Assembly (NCBI RefSeq): GCF_036321535.1
Contig: NC_087437.1
Location: 108,192,001 to 108,256,000 of the forward strand
DNA length: 64,000 nt
Direction: 5' to 3'
Source: Camelus dromedarius
Taxonomy: Eukaryota
Shown here: positions 53,165 to 64,000 of the stretch, one piece after another
Numbering within the stretch: the stretch's first letter is position 1
How the letters are laid out: the number at the start of each line of letters is the position of its first letter
Notes under the pieces: generated by a model
The model's database searches: none
The model's input: the letters and a program-made list of their open reading frames with translations, nothing else
What the model was told of the DNA's origin: nothing
Program-made: the position numbers and the translations under genes

Positions 53165-53375
53165 TAATAATAGCTATCATAGAGTTGGTACTTGCCATAT
53201 GCCAGGCATGTGTATTAACTCTTTTAATCATCACACCTTAGATCATTTTATAGAAGAAAAAAAGGTGGGAGAATAGGGAGGTTAAACAACTTACCTCGTA
53301 AGGTCACATAGCCAGCAAGTGATAAAGACAGGATTAGCCTCCAAGATTCTGACTCTTGAACACATACTCTTAAGT
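53165..53375 (-). mobile_element. MIR
   Basis: 'aataatagctatcat...tatgccaggca...gaggttaaacaacttacc...aaggtcacatagccagcaagt'. Confidence 0.75.
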
Positions 53376-54967
53376 ATCTGAAATGATTTTATTTCCATGT
53401 GTTGTCTTCTGTAGAAGAAAGTTTATTAACTTATGGGAAAATAAGAGACCATGAAACCAATGGCAATAAATTTTCACAGTCCTGAAAAGCCCAATAATTG
53501 TAGATACATTTCTTTACTTTGTCCTGGAAGAGTACTTTGGACATAAAAAGATCACTCTCTTCAAAATTTAATTGTAAGTCTCAAAAGACTTTATTTAATT
53601 TTATATCCATAATCAGAAAAGTTTGTAGTAAGATCAATAAAGAAGTGGAAAATTAAATCTTACAATTTTAATACTATAAATTATTTCTTATCTAGATTTA
53701 TGTTTTATGATTGAGTAGCAGAGTCTTGTGGATTTTTTTAAGATTGTGACTCATATGAAAACATTCCTGACTTTGAAACCATTGCTTTGCAAAGGAGCTC
53801 TTATCAAACAGAATTAAACCTCTCTACATAAAGAGAGAACTTTTTAAGTCATCAGTTCAATAAATGACAATTACATAAGACAAGCATGGATGAATTGCTA
53901 TTAATTCTAGCCAGGAAAAAAAAAAAAAGCTTGTAGTAGTTGCAACAATGACTTTGTTTCTTATTTATATATACAGCAAAGAGTATTCAAATTGATTACA
54001 AATCATGTGCATGCATAATTAAAAAATGAATTTTTCTCCAAGAACTTAACATCTATTTAAAAGATCTTTAGGACTTTAAAGGATAAGAAAAGGGTAGAGG
54101 AAATAGAAAAGTTCAATAATCAAATTTTCCAAACTTCTTCCCAAATTCTCAAATACCAAGGTATTCGAATTAGTTTCTGTCTTTTGGGTGGTGAGTGATT
54201 TGGAATTGTTTTGAAATCAACTGCTGTCAACAGACTCATTAATTTCCTAAGAATTGGTCAATAGTTCACTTTCCTTTTTTGAAACACAGTAATGAAGTTG
54301 ACTAAAACAAGCCAAATTGGAATTGTGTTGATTGAATTAATTGTTATTTGCTTTCCTTGAAACTTTATGGGTGGAAGTAATCCAAAAAGAGTCAGTCACT
54401 CACTCTTTTCCCAGCTGAAATAAGCTTATGAATTTTAAACTTTACTTTTATGAAAACACTCTACCACAGTAATATTAAAGTCTCTGATGGATATATTTGT
54501 TTTGCCTTATATAAAGGAATTTTCTCTTTTGACTCCATCAGTTTCTAGATAGTATGTTTATTGTAAAATCAAAATAAGCACCAAAGCAAGCATGACTAGG
54601 AATATTAAATCAGTTTTGTTAAATACTGTAACATAGAGAGTCATGTTTCATTCTAGAAAATATAGTGCCCAATATTATTGTTTTTCTAGAAAAAAAAAAA
54701 AGCAACAAAGCTGATACATTTACTCTGAAAAACCAACATTGGTTGATAATCCAAATAATTTCAAACTATTTGTGTTGACAGTTTTCTAATATTAAGAATA
54801 TCTTAGTTTGTTGTTGTTTTTTTTGTTTTGTTTTTTGTTTTTTCAATAAGGAAGTTACCAGAAGAGTTAGGACCCTTTCCAACAGAGACTTCATTTTTTG
54901 TGTGTGTGGCAGTTGGAAAATAGATTACTAGTGAGTTTATTTTCATGTATGATGTGAGGAGTGTTGT

Positions 54968-55254
54968 AACAAGAGCCTACAATATACTGCCTACAAGAGA
55001 TCCACTTTAGAGTGAAGGACACACATAGTTTGAAAGTGAGAGGATGGAAAAAGATATTTCAAGCAAATGGAAATGACAAGAAAGCAGGGGTAGCAATTCT
55101 CGTATCAAATAGACTTTAAAACAAAGGCCATCAAGAAAAAGAAAGACACTATGTAATGATAAAAGGAGCAATGCAAGATGAGGATATCACACTCATTAAC
55201 ATATATGCACCCAATATAGGGCACCTAAATACATAAAACAAGTACTAACAGACA
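54968..55254 (+). mobile_element. Isolated L1 ORF2 endonuclease-domain fragment
   Basis: Translates to 'EPTIYCLQEIHFRVKDTHSLKVRGWKKIFQANGNDKKAGVAIL...ITLINIYAPN'; frameshifted; no tail or TSD. Confidence 0.9.
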
Positions 55255-55716
55255 GAATACACTTTGAGAAGGTTCATGTTACAAAAGACCAGAAAAAAAA
55301 TTAGGAGATATCAAGACTGATAGTAAACTAGCACAGAGTTTCACTCACATTTGTAGAAATGACAAGAGGAAGTCAATGGAAAGACACAATTTGAAAATGC
55401 AAGAAAAGTATGTTGGGACTTTAGGGGAAAGTTAAAATAATATCTCTTTCCCTCTTTGTATTCAGAATCGATTATGATAATGACATGGGAATCATAAAGA
55501 TGGAAATCAAAATGCAACATTACCTTTAATAGTGTTAATGCTTAGTAGAAAACAGAGGTTTAGATTGGAGGGTGGGATGTAGCCTTCCTGGTACAACTGT
55601 CCAACCACAAGTCTTACCCCTAAAGAAAAGTCGTATTGTAGAGCAGAGAGCAGAGCATCAGTTGAATGGGCTGGAATCCCCAGCAAAAGGGCTGAGTTTA
55701 GTATCCCAGTTGCTTA

Positions 55717-55758
55717 TCAGTTGAATATCTCACTCCTCAGTTGAATATCTCACTCCTC
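55717..55758. repeat. Perfect 20-bp tandem duplication
   Basis: tcagttgaatatctcactcc x2. Confidence 0.9.
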
Positions 55759-57419
55759 TTTTGAGGGAATGAGGAAGGTGAAGGATATGAAAAAAAAAAA
55801 AAAACCATATGGAAACAGAAGGACTGGTGATTAAGTGATCCCTGTATCAAGAAAGAGTAGAAAGAAGAATAAGAGGGAGACAGAGAGCCTAGTTGATTTT
55901 GTATACAATTCTAAAATAAAATAGTCCTAGGGATAAAGTTATAGGGTGTTATTACTAATTTTTCCCTATATCTTAAAGAATCTATTTTCTAGGCCCATCA
56001 TTTGCTTTGAAATATAAATAATTGTCTTGAATTGTTTGATATTATTGCAAATGAGTATAATCAGCAACGGTGGTGAATTTATGCCTTGTATTATGTAGAA
56101 AGAATGACTGCGTTTCTCATGAAGGGTTGATGTCAGTACACTTGATTTGTCATTTGCTAATAGTTTGGTTATAGATTCAATGTGAAAGTGTGGAAGCTGA
56201 GAGCCAAGAAGATATAAAGAGGAATAAAGAACATGTTTAAATGACTATGATTTAAGATGCATAAAGTTACACAAAATTTCTAATAAATTTGAAAGTGTAG
56301 AGCAATGTCCGAAAGATGCTGTTATCTCTATTCAAGTGTAATAAAAGCACCAAACTAGGGAGTAGGTGATAAAATTAATCAGGCATGTAAAGGAAGCCAA
56401 TATAAGTTTTCAATACAGATATTGCATTATTTGATAGCTATTCACATACGCCATAGAAGTGTGCTAAAACCTAAGGCATACTCTGTTGCTTGTTTATGGA
56501 ATCTTTACAGAGCACATTCGTAAGGTTAGTAACAGTAAAACCATCTAGAAATACAATCTGTCTTTCTGCATGATCATGGCACTGACCCTTTTTGATACTT
56601 AGAATTGATGACATTTTCATTGAGTGATAAATAAAGAAGAAATAGAAGCAGAAATTCTTCTGATAGTTCAAAACCAAATTTTCTTTGAAAAATTTTTTTT
56701 GATTTATGCTGTATATTAAATGAGTCAGGAAATAGCAGATGCTTGGAGGAAAGAGCAGAAGTGCAAGACAAGCTGCTGTTTCTATAATTAATAGTTTCTG
56801 AGGTTGCACGACTTGTACTTTCTAGAACTGCAGTTCACATTTATAATTGCATTGCTCGCTTATATAATACAAAATAGATTTAAGTAATTAACAATATGCT
56901 TATTTTAGTACAATAGATGGACCATTTAAGATGCCTCGAATGTAAATGAATTAAAGAACAAAAAATAAATATAGTGCTCCGTATAACCTCAGTATTTAAA
57001 CTGTATTTAATTTATGCACATAGTTCAATCTTTCAAGAATTTAGAAACAGATTATCCAGGTGCCAAAAATTTTACCACCCCCTCTTATTCCATTATCACA
57101 CCATTAGACTTATAAAAACAATTTTTAATAAAATTAATTTCTTCATAAACATCTCATTAAAAATAAACTAATCCATTTTTAAAACTCAGAATATCTTCAT
57201 TTTTTCAGGCATACAGTCTGATTTTCATTAGTTCTCTAGTCTGATTTCCTTTAGAAAACTGGGCTTATATATATTTTTTTAATTAGAGATAAAAAAAATC
57301 TAAAAATTATAATCCTACGTTTAGGTCAAGATTTATTTTATTACCTCTAGAATTCCCTGTAGATTAATAATATATCAGTGTTATACTGTGTATTTTCAGT
57401 TATCACTCCAGTGGAGCAC

Positions 57420-57640
57420 TTGTGTGAGGGTTGAGAGCATGTGTTTGGGGGCAGGCATATCTGGGTGTATTCTGAATTACTCTACCGCCAATTAGTCAGA
57501 TGATCTTTGGCAGGTAACATCTATAAAATGAGGATATTCATCTGCACCACATGTTTTTTGAAAGAATTAAAGACAATTTCAAGAGACCAATATACAGTAC
57601 CTGACACAAGTAACTGAAAAAAATTTTTCTGCTACCATTA
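57420..57640 (+). mobile_element. MIR
   Basis: 'catctataaaatgaggata...ttttttgaaagaattaaa...cagtacctgacaca'. Confidence 0.6.
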
Positions 57641-57812
57641 CAGAATTTGAGGAAATCGGCCTTTCTCATAATGACATATGACCCACCCCTCTCTAATCAC
57701 ATCTTTTTCTAACCCCAATATATGTTCCCGTCAACTGAATACTCTCAATTTAGCAACGCAAATTAGAAAATTTACACCTCAATTTGAATTAGCTGACATT
57801 TAGTAATATTAC

Positions 57813-58334
57813 TGTTAACTGAGTCCAAGCTTATACTACTCACCACAAAACAGGCCAATAGATCAAGAGATGAGTTGCTGGAGCAAGGGACAGCAAATTC
57901 ATTCAGAAAGCCAGCAGGCTGAGAAAATAGTAGATTAGTGTCCCAAAGAACCATCTTATCTGAATTAGAATTCAGGCTTCTTTTATATTAAAAGGGGAGG
58001 GGGTGTGGCTGGTTGTTGCCACCTTCTAGGTGCTGGAATCCTTTGTTCCTGCAGCTGTCCACATATGCCTGGTCACAAAGTTTCCATAAATCTCCAACAA
58101 GACAAATGTTATTTTATATTCTGCAAATTTTTATCTCTATATGGATGGGAAAGTGTTATATCTTTAAAGGCCAATGCCCTGAGACTGGACTATCCTGTAT
58201 ATTTCAGGCTACAGGCAACATTCTTTTACAAAAAGGTGTAGAACCATCATGACTCAGCACAGGCAACAGAGCACAAAGGTTAGAGCCAAAGGAATAGATT
58301 CAATATGGAGTCAGATTTGTTTTTCTTTGTTACA
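57813..58334 (-). mobile_element. ERV1-class solo LTR (MER34/LTR39-like)
   Basis: TG...CA termini, 'gagatgagttgctggagcaagg...gaaagccagcag...gtgtcccaaagaaccatctt...caatatggagtcag'; TSD ttac/tcac. Confidence 0.8.
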
Positions 58335-58449
58335 TCACAGTTCTAGAAAGCTGCTTCAGGTCCTTCATACTGAAAGATTAGATCTGAGGACACCTGTATG
58401 CTAACAAAATCTTTGAAATCAGTCTGAGGAGAATCGTATCAAGGTGAGC

Positions 58450-58505
58450 ATATTAGGATTCTCTGGAGAAATTGAATTAATAGTATATATGCATGTTTGT
58501 GTGTG

Positions 58506-58536
<31 letters not shown>

Positions 58537-58600
58537 ATTAGAAAGAGAGAGAGACAAACAGAGAGACAAAGACAGACAGAGACAGAAATAGACAATAGTA
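58450..58600 (-). mobile_element. MLT2 LTR end with (TG)n/(AG)n microsatellite
   Basis: 'attaggattctctggagaaattgaattaatag' followed by TG and AG repeats, as in MLT2. Confidence 0.55.
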
Positions 58601-58654
58601 GAATCTGTAAATATATTGTGATATATGTTGATAGAACAAAATTTTAAGCAGCTA

Positions 58655-59010
58655 ATGAAAAAGAATTAACTATTGATGCATACAACACCATGGATTAATC
58701 AGAAGGACACCATATTGAGTCAAGTCAGAAGACACAAAGTAATTTATCTATGATTCTATATATATGAAATTCAAAAATAAGCAAAACTAATCTATGGTGA
58801 TAGAAATCAGTGGTAGTAACTATGGTCGCTACTCTGGAAAGGAGTAGGACTGGGAGCAGACACGTGGGAGCCTTATAGGATGCTTGAAAGTCTCTATATC
58901 TTGAACTGAGCAGTGATAACATGGGTGTACACATGTATAAAAATTAACCAAGTAGCTCATTAAAGATTTGTGCCTGTAAATGCATGTAAGCCCTACCTTC
59001 ATTAATAAAA
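58655..59010 (+). mobile_element. L1ME-type 3' end
   Basis: 'tatgattctatatatatgaaattcaaaaataagcaaaactaatctatggtgatagaaatcag...ctatatcttga'. Confidence 0.85.
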
Positions 59011-59547
59011 ACTATTGGGAGATACTGTAGAGCGTATCATCTGGAAAGGCATTCTGAGAAAGAACACAATCATTGAGTTTAGATGGAAGTTCAAGTCCCA
59101 CAGTCTGAATTCACTGATATCTTCAGTTAAAGGCAATAGGTAGTAATTATGTCTCCTATTGCTATATTTAACTATATAGCAGTTCTTAAGATTGCTCAGA
59201 CTTTAAATACGAAATTGTAAGAAGATTTATTCTACTCACACTTTGTACCAAGGAAGGCTCACACTAACAATTTATTGTCATTAAAAATAAAATTGTAAAA
59301 GTTTCTTTTATGAATTGTTTTCTACACCTCCACTGACTTGCTGACATATATGAATCTATAGCCATGCTTGATATAACTGTAAGGTAAGAACTGATTTCAG
59401 ATTTATTTTAGAATATGGGTATGATAAAAGCCATGCAAAAATTACAATTAAATAAAATGTCAGACAAATATATTTTATTAAATATATCCTTATTCTAGAT
59501 CCTGTAAAATATTAAAAAAAATTGTAACTGAGAATGTAAACTCTTTC

Positions 59548-59548
<1 letters not shown>

Positions 59549-59578
<30 letters not shown>

Positions 59579-59581
59579 TTA
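59549..59581. repeat. (TTTA)n microsatellite
   Basis: Read directly. Confidence 0.85.
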
Positions 59582-61276
59582 TGTGGAACATATTCATAAT
59601 GTACAAATATGTAAAACATCTACCTTTTACTGAAGAATTTTATTGAAGACTTAGTATATGCACAATGGGTATAACAACAATAAGATGGAGATTATACCTT
59701 TATGAATTCATAGTGGGAAAACAGATACAGAAATAGATCATTATCATTCAATATCCTATCAGCGTATGGACTTACGGAGACATAAGTACTTGTACCAAAG
59801 TCTCTAAAACATGGTTCCAACCCAAGGAACTTAGCAATGGTTATGACTGTAAAAATGAAATTCAAATCAACTTTGAAAATAAAATTCAATGTTAATCTCT
59901 ATAAAATGTGTAATGCATGGTAACTAAAGGTGAAGTGTTTTATGTTTTAAATTGGGTATAATCATTCATTGCAGAGTCTTTATGATTTTGTTTATATGGG
60001 TATATCTCTGTGTGTATGAAACAGAATGATCCAAATGATAGACACAAGAAAGTTAATGTGTTTTTATCAAAGGTTTTGTACTCTCAAATTTCCCAAACAA
60101 TTGCCTGATATTGATTTGGGGCTCAAAAGACCTCTGCAGAATGACAGTGGGCATGACAGTGACCTATGGATGGGTGAGGACATTACAGCTCTCAGACACA
60201 CTCACCCTCAGACACAAACCAGATACCTCACCATCTGCTTTGCTTCATGCTGATCACTCACTTCTTAGGTTAGATAACATCCACAGGAATGGTAAACAGA
60301 TCATATATTACAATGTAATTATCCTTCCTTAGAGATAACAAAAAAGAAATCCATTATTTCACTTACTCCAGAAGGTTTGAAATTCAAAGGATAAGCAATA
60401 TTTGTCCAACTAAGAAATAAATTACAACATAAATTTTGAACATTCGGTGATGATTCTGGGATATATTTGAATACAACTATTTTCCTGAAATTCTCTTTGT
60501 AACACATTTTTAAACAAGCCTAAGTTTAGCAGAGATGAATATTACACTTTTTAAAAAGTGTTAGATTCTCTCACAGACACACTGTGGAAAATGTCAGAAT
60601 AGACATACCCTTGAAGTGCTTCTGTTATGTCATGATATTGATTCCTACGATTCCAGTATAATATTTTGCCTCAAACTGTGATTTTTTAAATGAAAATGTT
60701 AAAGAAAAAAGACTTATTAATGATCTCTCTATTTGCCAAAAATAATATTTTAAGGAGAGAGATACCCTGAATCATACAGCTCTAATAGCAAAGATTTGAG
60801 ATTTTATAGTCTGGCCGTTTGGAGACTGTTTTGAAATAACCACTCTGATTTGGCACATTATTTTGTATATTTTCCTGTTCGTTCTCGTTAATTTTAAAGG
60901 TGTCTTGGACCTTGATCATAAATAATACAATGAAGGGCAACATTTATAAAACTATGTTGCTCCTTTTTTTTTTAAAGAAGTCTTCAATTTTCTCTCTTTT
61001 ATTTATACCCAAATACTCCCATTTATACCTATAATCATAAAGGTACAATGACAAAATTCTGTAGCAAAAATCACTAGATAGCAAGCTGATTTTGAGGGCA
61101 CTAAGTATGATTTTTCCAACTTCTAGTCTCCAGCCTAATAGAGAACTCAGGACTTGATAGGTTTCTTGACTAAAAGAAATAGACTAATTAATAAGACATA
61201 ATCGGTTTTATGACCATAAGGATAATTAGGAGTTCATGGTCCCCTGGAATAAACCCATTCGTAACCATAGCATAGT

Positions 61277-61473
61277 GTTTTTTGGTGTGTGTATATGTAT
61301 GTATATATTTATTGAAGTATAGTCAGTTTACAATGTTGTGTCAATTTCTGGTGTACAGTATAATGCTTTAGTCATACATGAACATATTAATGTTAATTTT
61401 CATATTCTTTTTCATAAGTTACTACAAGATATTGAATATAGTTTCCTTACTATACAATATGAACTTGTTGTTT
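61277..61473 (-). mobile_element. Short L1 3' end (artiodactyl/camelid type)
   Basis: 'tttattgaagtatagtcagtttacaatgttgtgtcaatttctggtgtacag'; TSD catagcatagt (61266) / catagtatagt (61474). Confidence 0.85.
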
Positions 61474-61539
61474 CATAGTATAGTTTTTTCCACATTAGAA
61501 AAATAAAGAAAAAACAATCCTCACATATTCCTCTCTGAT

Positions 61540-61850
61540 TATAACTCTATGGCTCTAACTTCCACTTTAAAACCCAATTTCTGGAGACGGAATTTATTTA
61601 TAATTTCTGTATGGAGTATGGTGTCTTGGTTTTCCCCCTCTCTGGCCATCTTTTATCAGTCTCTTTTGAAAGTATCCTGTCTTCCTGATTATTTTACTCA
61701 TGGCCCAGATCTAAACCCCTTTTTCTTTTCACTCTATATACTCCCTCTTGTCAAACATCCAGATCTTCAACAATAACCTTGACAGATATGAGTACACTGA
61801 CAATGAATTTTAAATGAAAGTACCTTGTCCTGTGTTCTCAACTTTCTTTT
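61540..61850 (+). mobile_element. L2 fragment
   Basis: 'tcttggttttccccctctctggcc...cccttttcttttcactctatatactccc'. Confidence 0.5.
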
Positions 61851-61885
61851 TTTCTGGTGGTGGGGAGGCGGAGAGGGGACAGCTG

Positions 61886-62170
61886 TAGGTTCACAATTCC
61901 TTATCCACAATTCCAAAATCCAAAATGTCCTGAAAACCAAATCTTTTTTCAAATTCTTTTGGCTGAAAACCAATGAACTGATATGAAGTCATTTGTAGCC
62001 TACATTTATCCAAATTAAAGTGACTATAATACACTTTGCTGTATCACTTTTTTATGTTAGATTAGAAGGTACTGTCTTAGATTTGTTAGAGTGCTACACA
62101 TTTTTTTTAAACTGAGTTCTGAATTATGTTTAGACTCAATGGTTTTGATAAAAAGATGGTGGATTCAGCG
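61886..62170. mobile_element. MER46C (TcMar-Tigger)
   Basis: 'aggttcacaattccttatccacaattccaaaatccaaaa...ctgaaaac...gaactgatatgaag'. Confidence 0.8.
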
Positions 62171-62590
62171 TAAACATCAATTTAGGTTTGGGATTTGCCC
62201 CCAAAACTTAATTTTTCATAAGTTTTGGCAAACCGAATTTAAGAATGATGCTATACGTGTGCTGAAAATTAAAAATTAAGTTGTGCATTTAAGTTCTATC
62301 TACTATTAATTTTATGAGAAAATAAAGCAACCTTCCAATACAGCCCAGAATGAAATGTGACCAAAATTTTGATGAGAAAAGTTTTTCAAGTGCCAATATG
62401 GCTCAGTAAAATTAAATGATTCAAGCTGGCTGTGAAATTCTCTTTTCTGTTCTAATTGAGAATGGATTCATACACTAGAAACATATTGTCTTTCATCACT
62501 TAACTATTTATCTCATGTGTGAATTCATCCACCAAGAATAAAGGAGAACATTGCAACTTCAGGGATAAAGACATCCATGTCAGAAGAGTT

Positions 62591-62705
62591 GTTTTATTTT
62601 GTTGTTGTTTTGTTTTGTCTTGTTTTTAATGGAGGTACTGGGAATTGAAACCAGGACCTTGTGCATGCTAAGTGCTCTACCACTGAGCTATTACCCTTTC
62701 CCCCC
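62591..62705 (-). mobile_element. Vic-1-type SINE (short form)
   Basis: 'ggaggtactgggaattgaaaccaggaccttgtgcatgctaag...ctaccactgagcta'; TSD agaagagtt/agaagactt. Confidence 0.85.
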
Positions 62706-62719
62706 AGAAGACTTTTGTC

Positions 62720-63320
62720 ATCATCACCACTCACTCTCTATATCCAGTTAAAACCTAAGTCCTACCTCCACTATCTTCTTTCTCAAGTCTTTCCACTTCT
62801 GTTAGTTTTCACTGTTCCAGTGCGAGTTACCATTATCTTTCACCTGCACAGCTGTGGTGACCTCTAACTAATCTCCCAAAACCTGCTATCATTCCCTTCC
62901 TAGACAGTCTACAATTTGCAACCAGATCAAGTTTATAAAACACAGACCTGGTCCTGTTACAACATTGCATAAAACCGTCTAGTAATAATCTCATGATAAA
63001 GTCTCTAACCCATAATGTTGCCTTTCAGGAAGTGGCCACTGGGCTCCTCTCCAGGCTCAGCTCCCAATATGCCCCTATTTGCTCTCCGCACTCCAACCAC
63101 CATTGCCTTCTTTCATGTGGGCCTCTGCACACAATGTTTTCTTTCACATGAAATAATCCCTCCTTCTACTTCTTTGCTAAGTGAACGCCTACTAATTAGC
63201 AGTTTTGTCCTTAATGCCACTTCCTCAGGATAACCCTTCCTAAATTATAGGCCTGAGTTTATGAGACTTTCTTTGCCTTCTATACCTCTTTATATCACAA
63301 ATGCAACTGTGATCATTGTC
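62720..63320 (+). mobile_element. L2 fragment
   Basis: 'cattatctttcacctg...acctctaactaatctccc...cttaatgccacttcctcaggataacccttcct'. Confidence 0.65.
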
Positions 63321-63321
63321 A

Positions 63322-63845
63322 CTATACTTCATCAAATTGAAATCTGTTCATTTTAAGATATGTTATTTAGGAAAAACTGCCAATTAAACCATGGCATTTT
63401 GATTTTTATCTCTTGGAATTTTGATTTTACACTTATCAAAAGGGTTTTTTACCTTATCTAGACCTATATTTTTATAATACCCCACTCTTTTGCAAAAATT
63501 AAAAATAACAGATATTTACTAAAGTATTTATGAAACATCTTTATATTCACTCAAAGAGCAAATAATATGAAATACTTTTCAAGTAAGCATGGTCGGTGTC
63601 TATACTTGCCCGCACAGTGACATCTTCTGTGTCTTCAGGAATATCAATGATGTTGGATTTCTTAAAAAGAGTGTTTCATTTTTGTGTCTTCCCAGTTGCT
63701 GTCATTCATTTTGGACTTTTTAACATCTGTACATACTACAGCATAACTAATAACAAGACATTGGTGATTGTAAGATGCCTTGCAATTTCAGAGATGTTAA
63801 AACGGAAGGAAGAATAATATACATTTTAGAATCAAACAGTTTGGT
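63322..63845 (-). mobile_element. Kanga1/MER104-type TcMar-Tc2 derivative
   Basis: Minus strand 'gattctaaaatg...ttttaacatctctgaaattgcaaggcatcttacaatc' (Kanga/MER104 end) and 'SFKKS...EDTED'-like transposase tail. Confidence 0.6.
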
Positions 63846-64000
63846 AAATATTTAGATAATTACTTGTTTAATGCCTATGCCAAGTGCTGGATTTTCACAT
63901 TCATATGCTTGGACTTCCCATTTCATTCCAATAGTTAAGACTTTGAGTCAACCTCTCTCATCAAGAATATTACAGTCATCTGTATCTGGTAGCCCTTTTT

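Noticed and set aside
59381..59389. Strong plus-strand donor AAG|GTAAGA
   Set aside because: No convincing upstream acceptor or reading frame; such 9-mers are expected by chance in 64 kb
63596..63817. 73-aa ORF or possible exon near the window end
   Set aside because: Lies within a Kanga/Tc2-type DNA transposon remnant
1..64000. CRISPR array, operon or novel multi-gene system; host-gene orientation from repeat strand bias
   Set aside because: Mammalian repeat landscape with no spaced direct-repeat array or intact genes; L1 and LTR orientations are mixed, so no host transcription direction can be inferred

Overview
AT-rich, repeat-dense mammalian genomic DNA (intergenic or deep intron). No intact protein-coding gene, RNA gene or CRISPR array is recognisable. 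Five copies of a short tRNA-derived SINE of Vic-1 type, with no recognisable Alu, B1, Bov-tA/BovB or PRE-1, point to a camelid genome (inference). The window is a layered record of transposons: L2, MIR and L3; old L1M and HAL1; MaLR, ERVL and ERV1 LTRs; Tigger, MER and Kanga DNA transposons; and young L1 and SINE copies. Highlights: (1) a young 5'-truncated L1 at 42.9-44.5 kb with a clear 3' transduction (two poly(A) tails, a new AATAAA, a 14-bp TSD and a TTTT/AA site); (2) a near-complete Tigger2-type element whose dead transposase carries a ~100-unit GAA/CTT expansion and a SINE; (3) a ~900-bp polypurine array with higher-order structure; (4) an L2>Tigger1>L1 nest; (5) a deleted LTR33-ERVL provirus; (6) an orphan L1 endonuclease fragment; (7) several repeat-free, CpG-retaining candidate enhancers. 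I found no support for a new multi-gene system. Repeat family names come from remembered consensus motifs and need RepeatMasker/Dfam confirmation.
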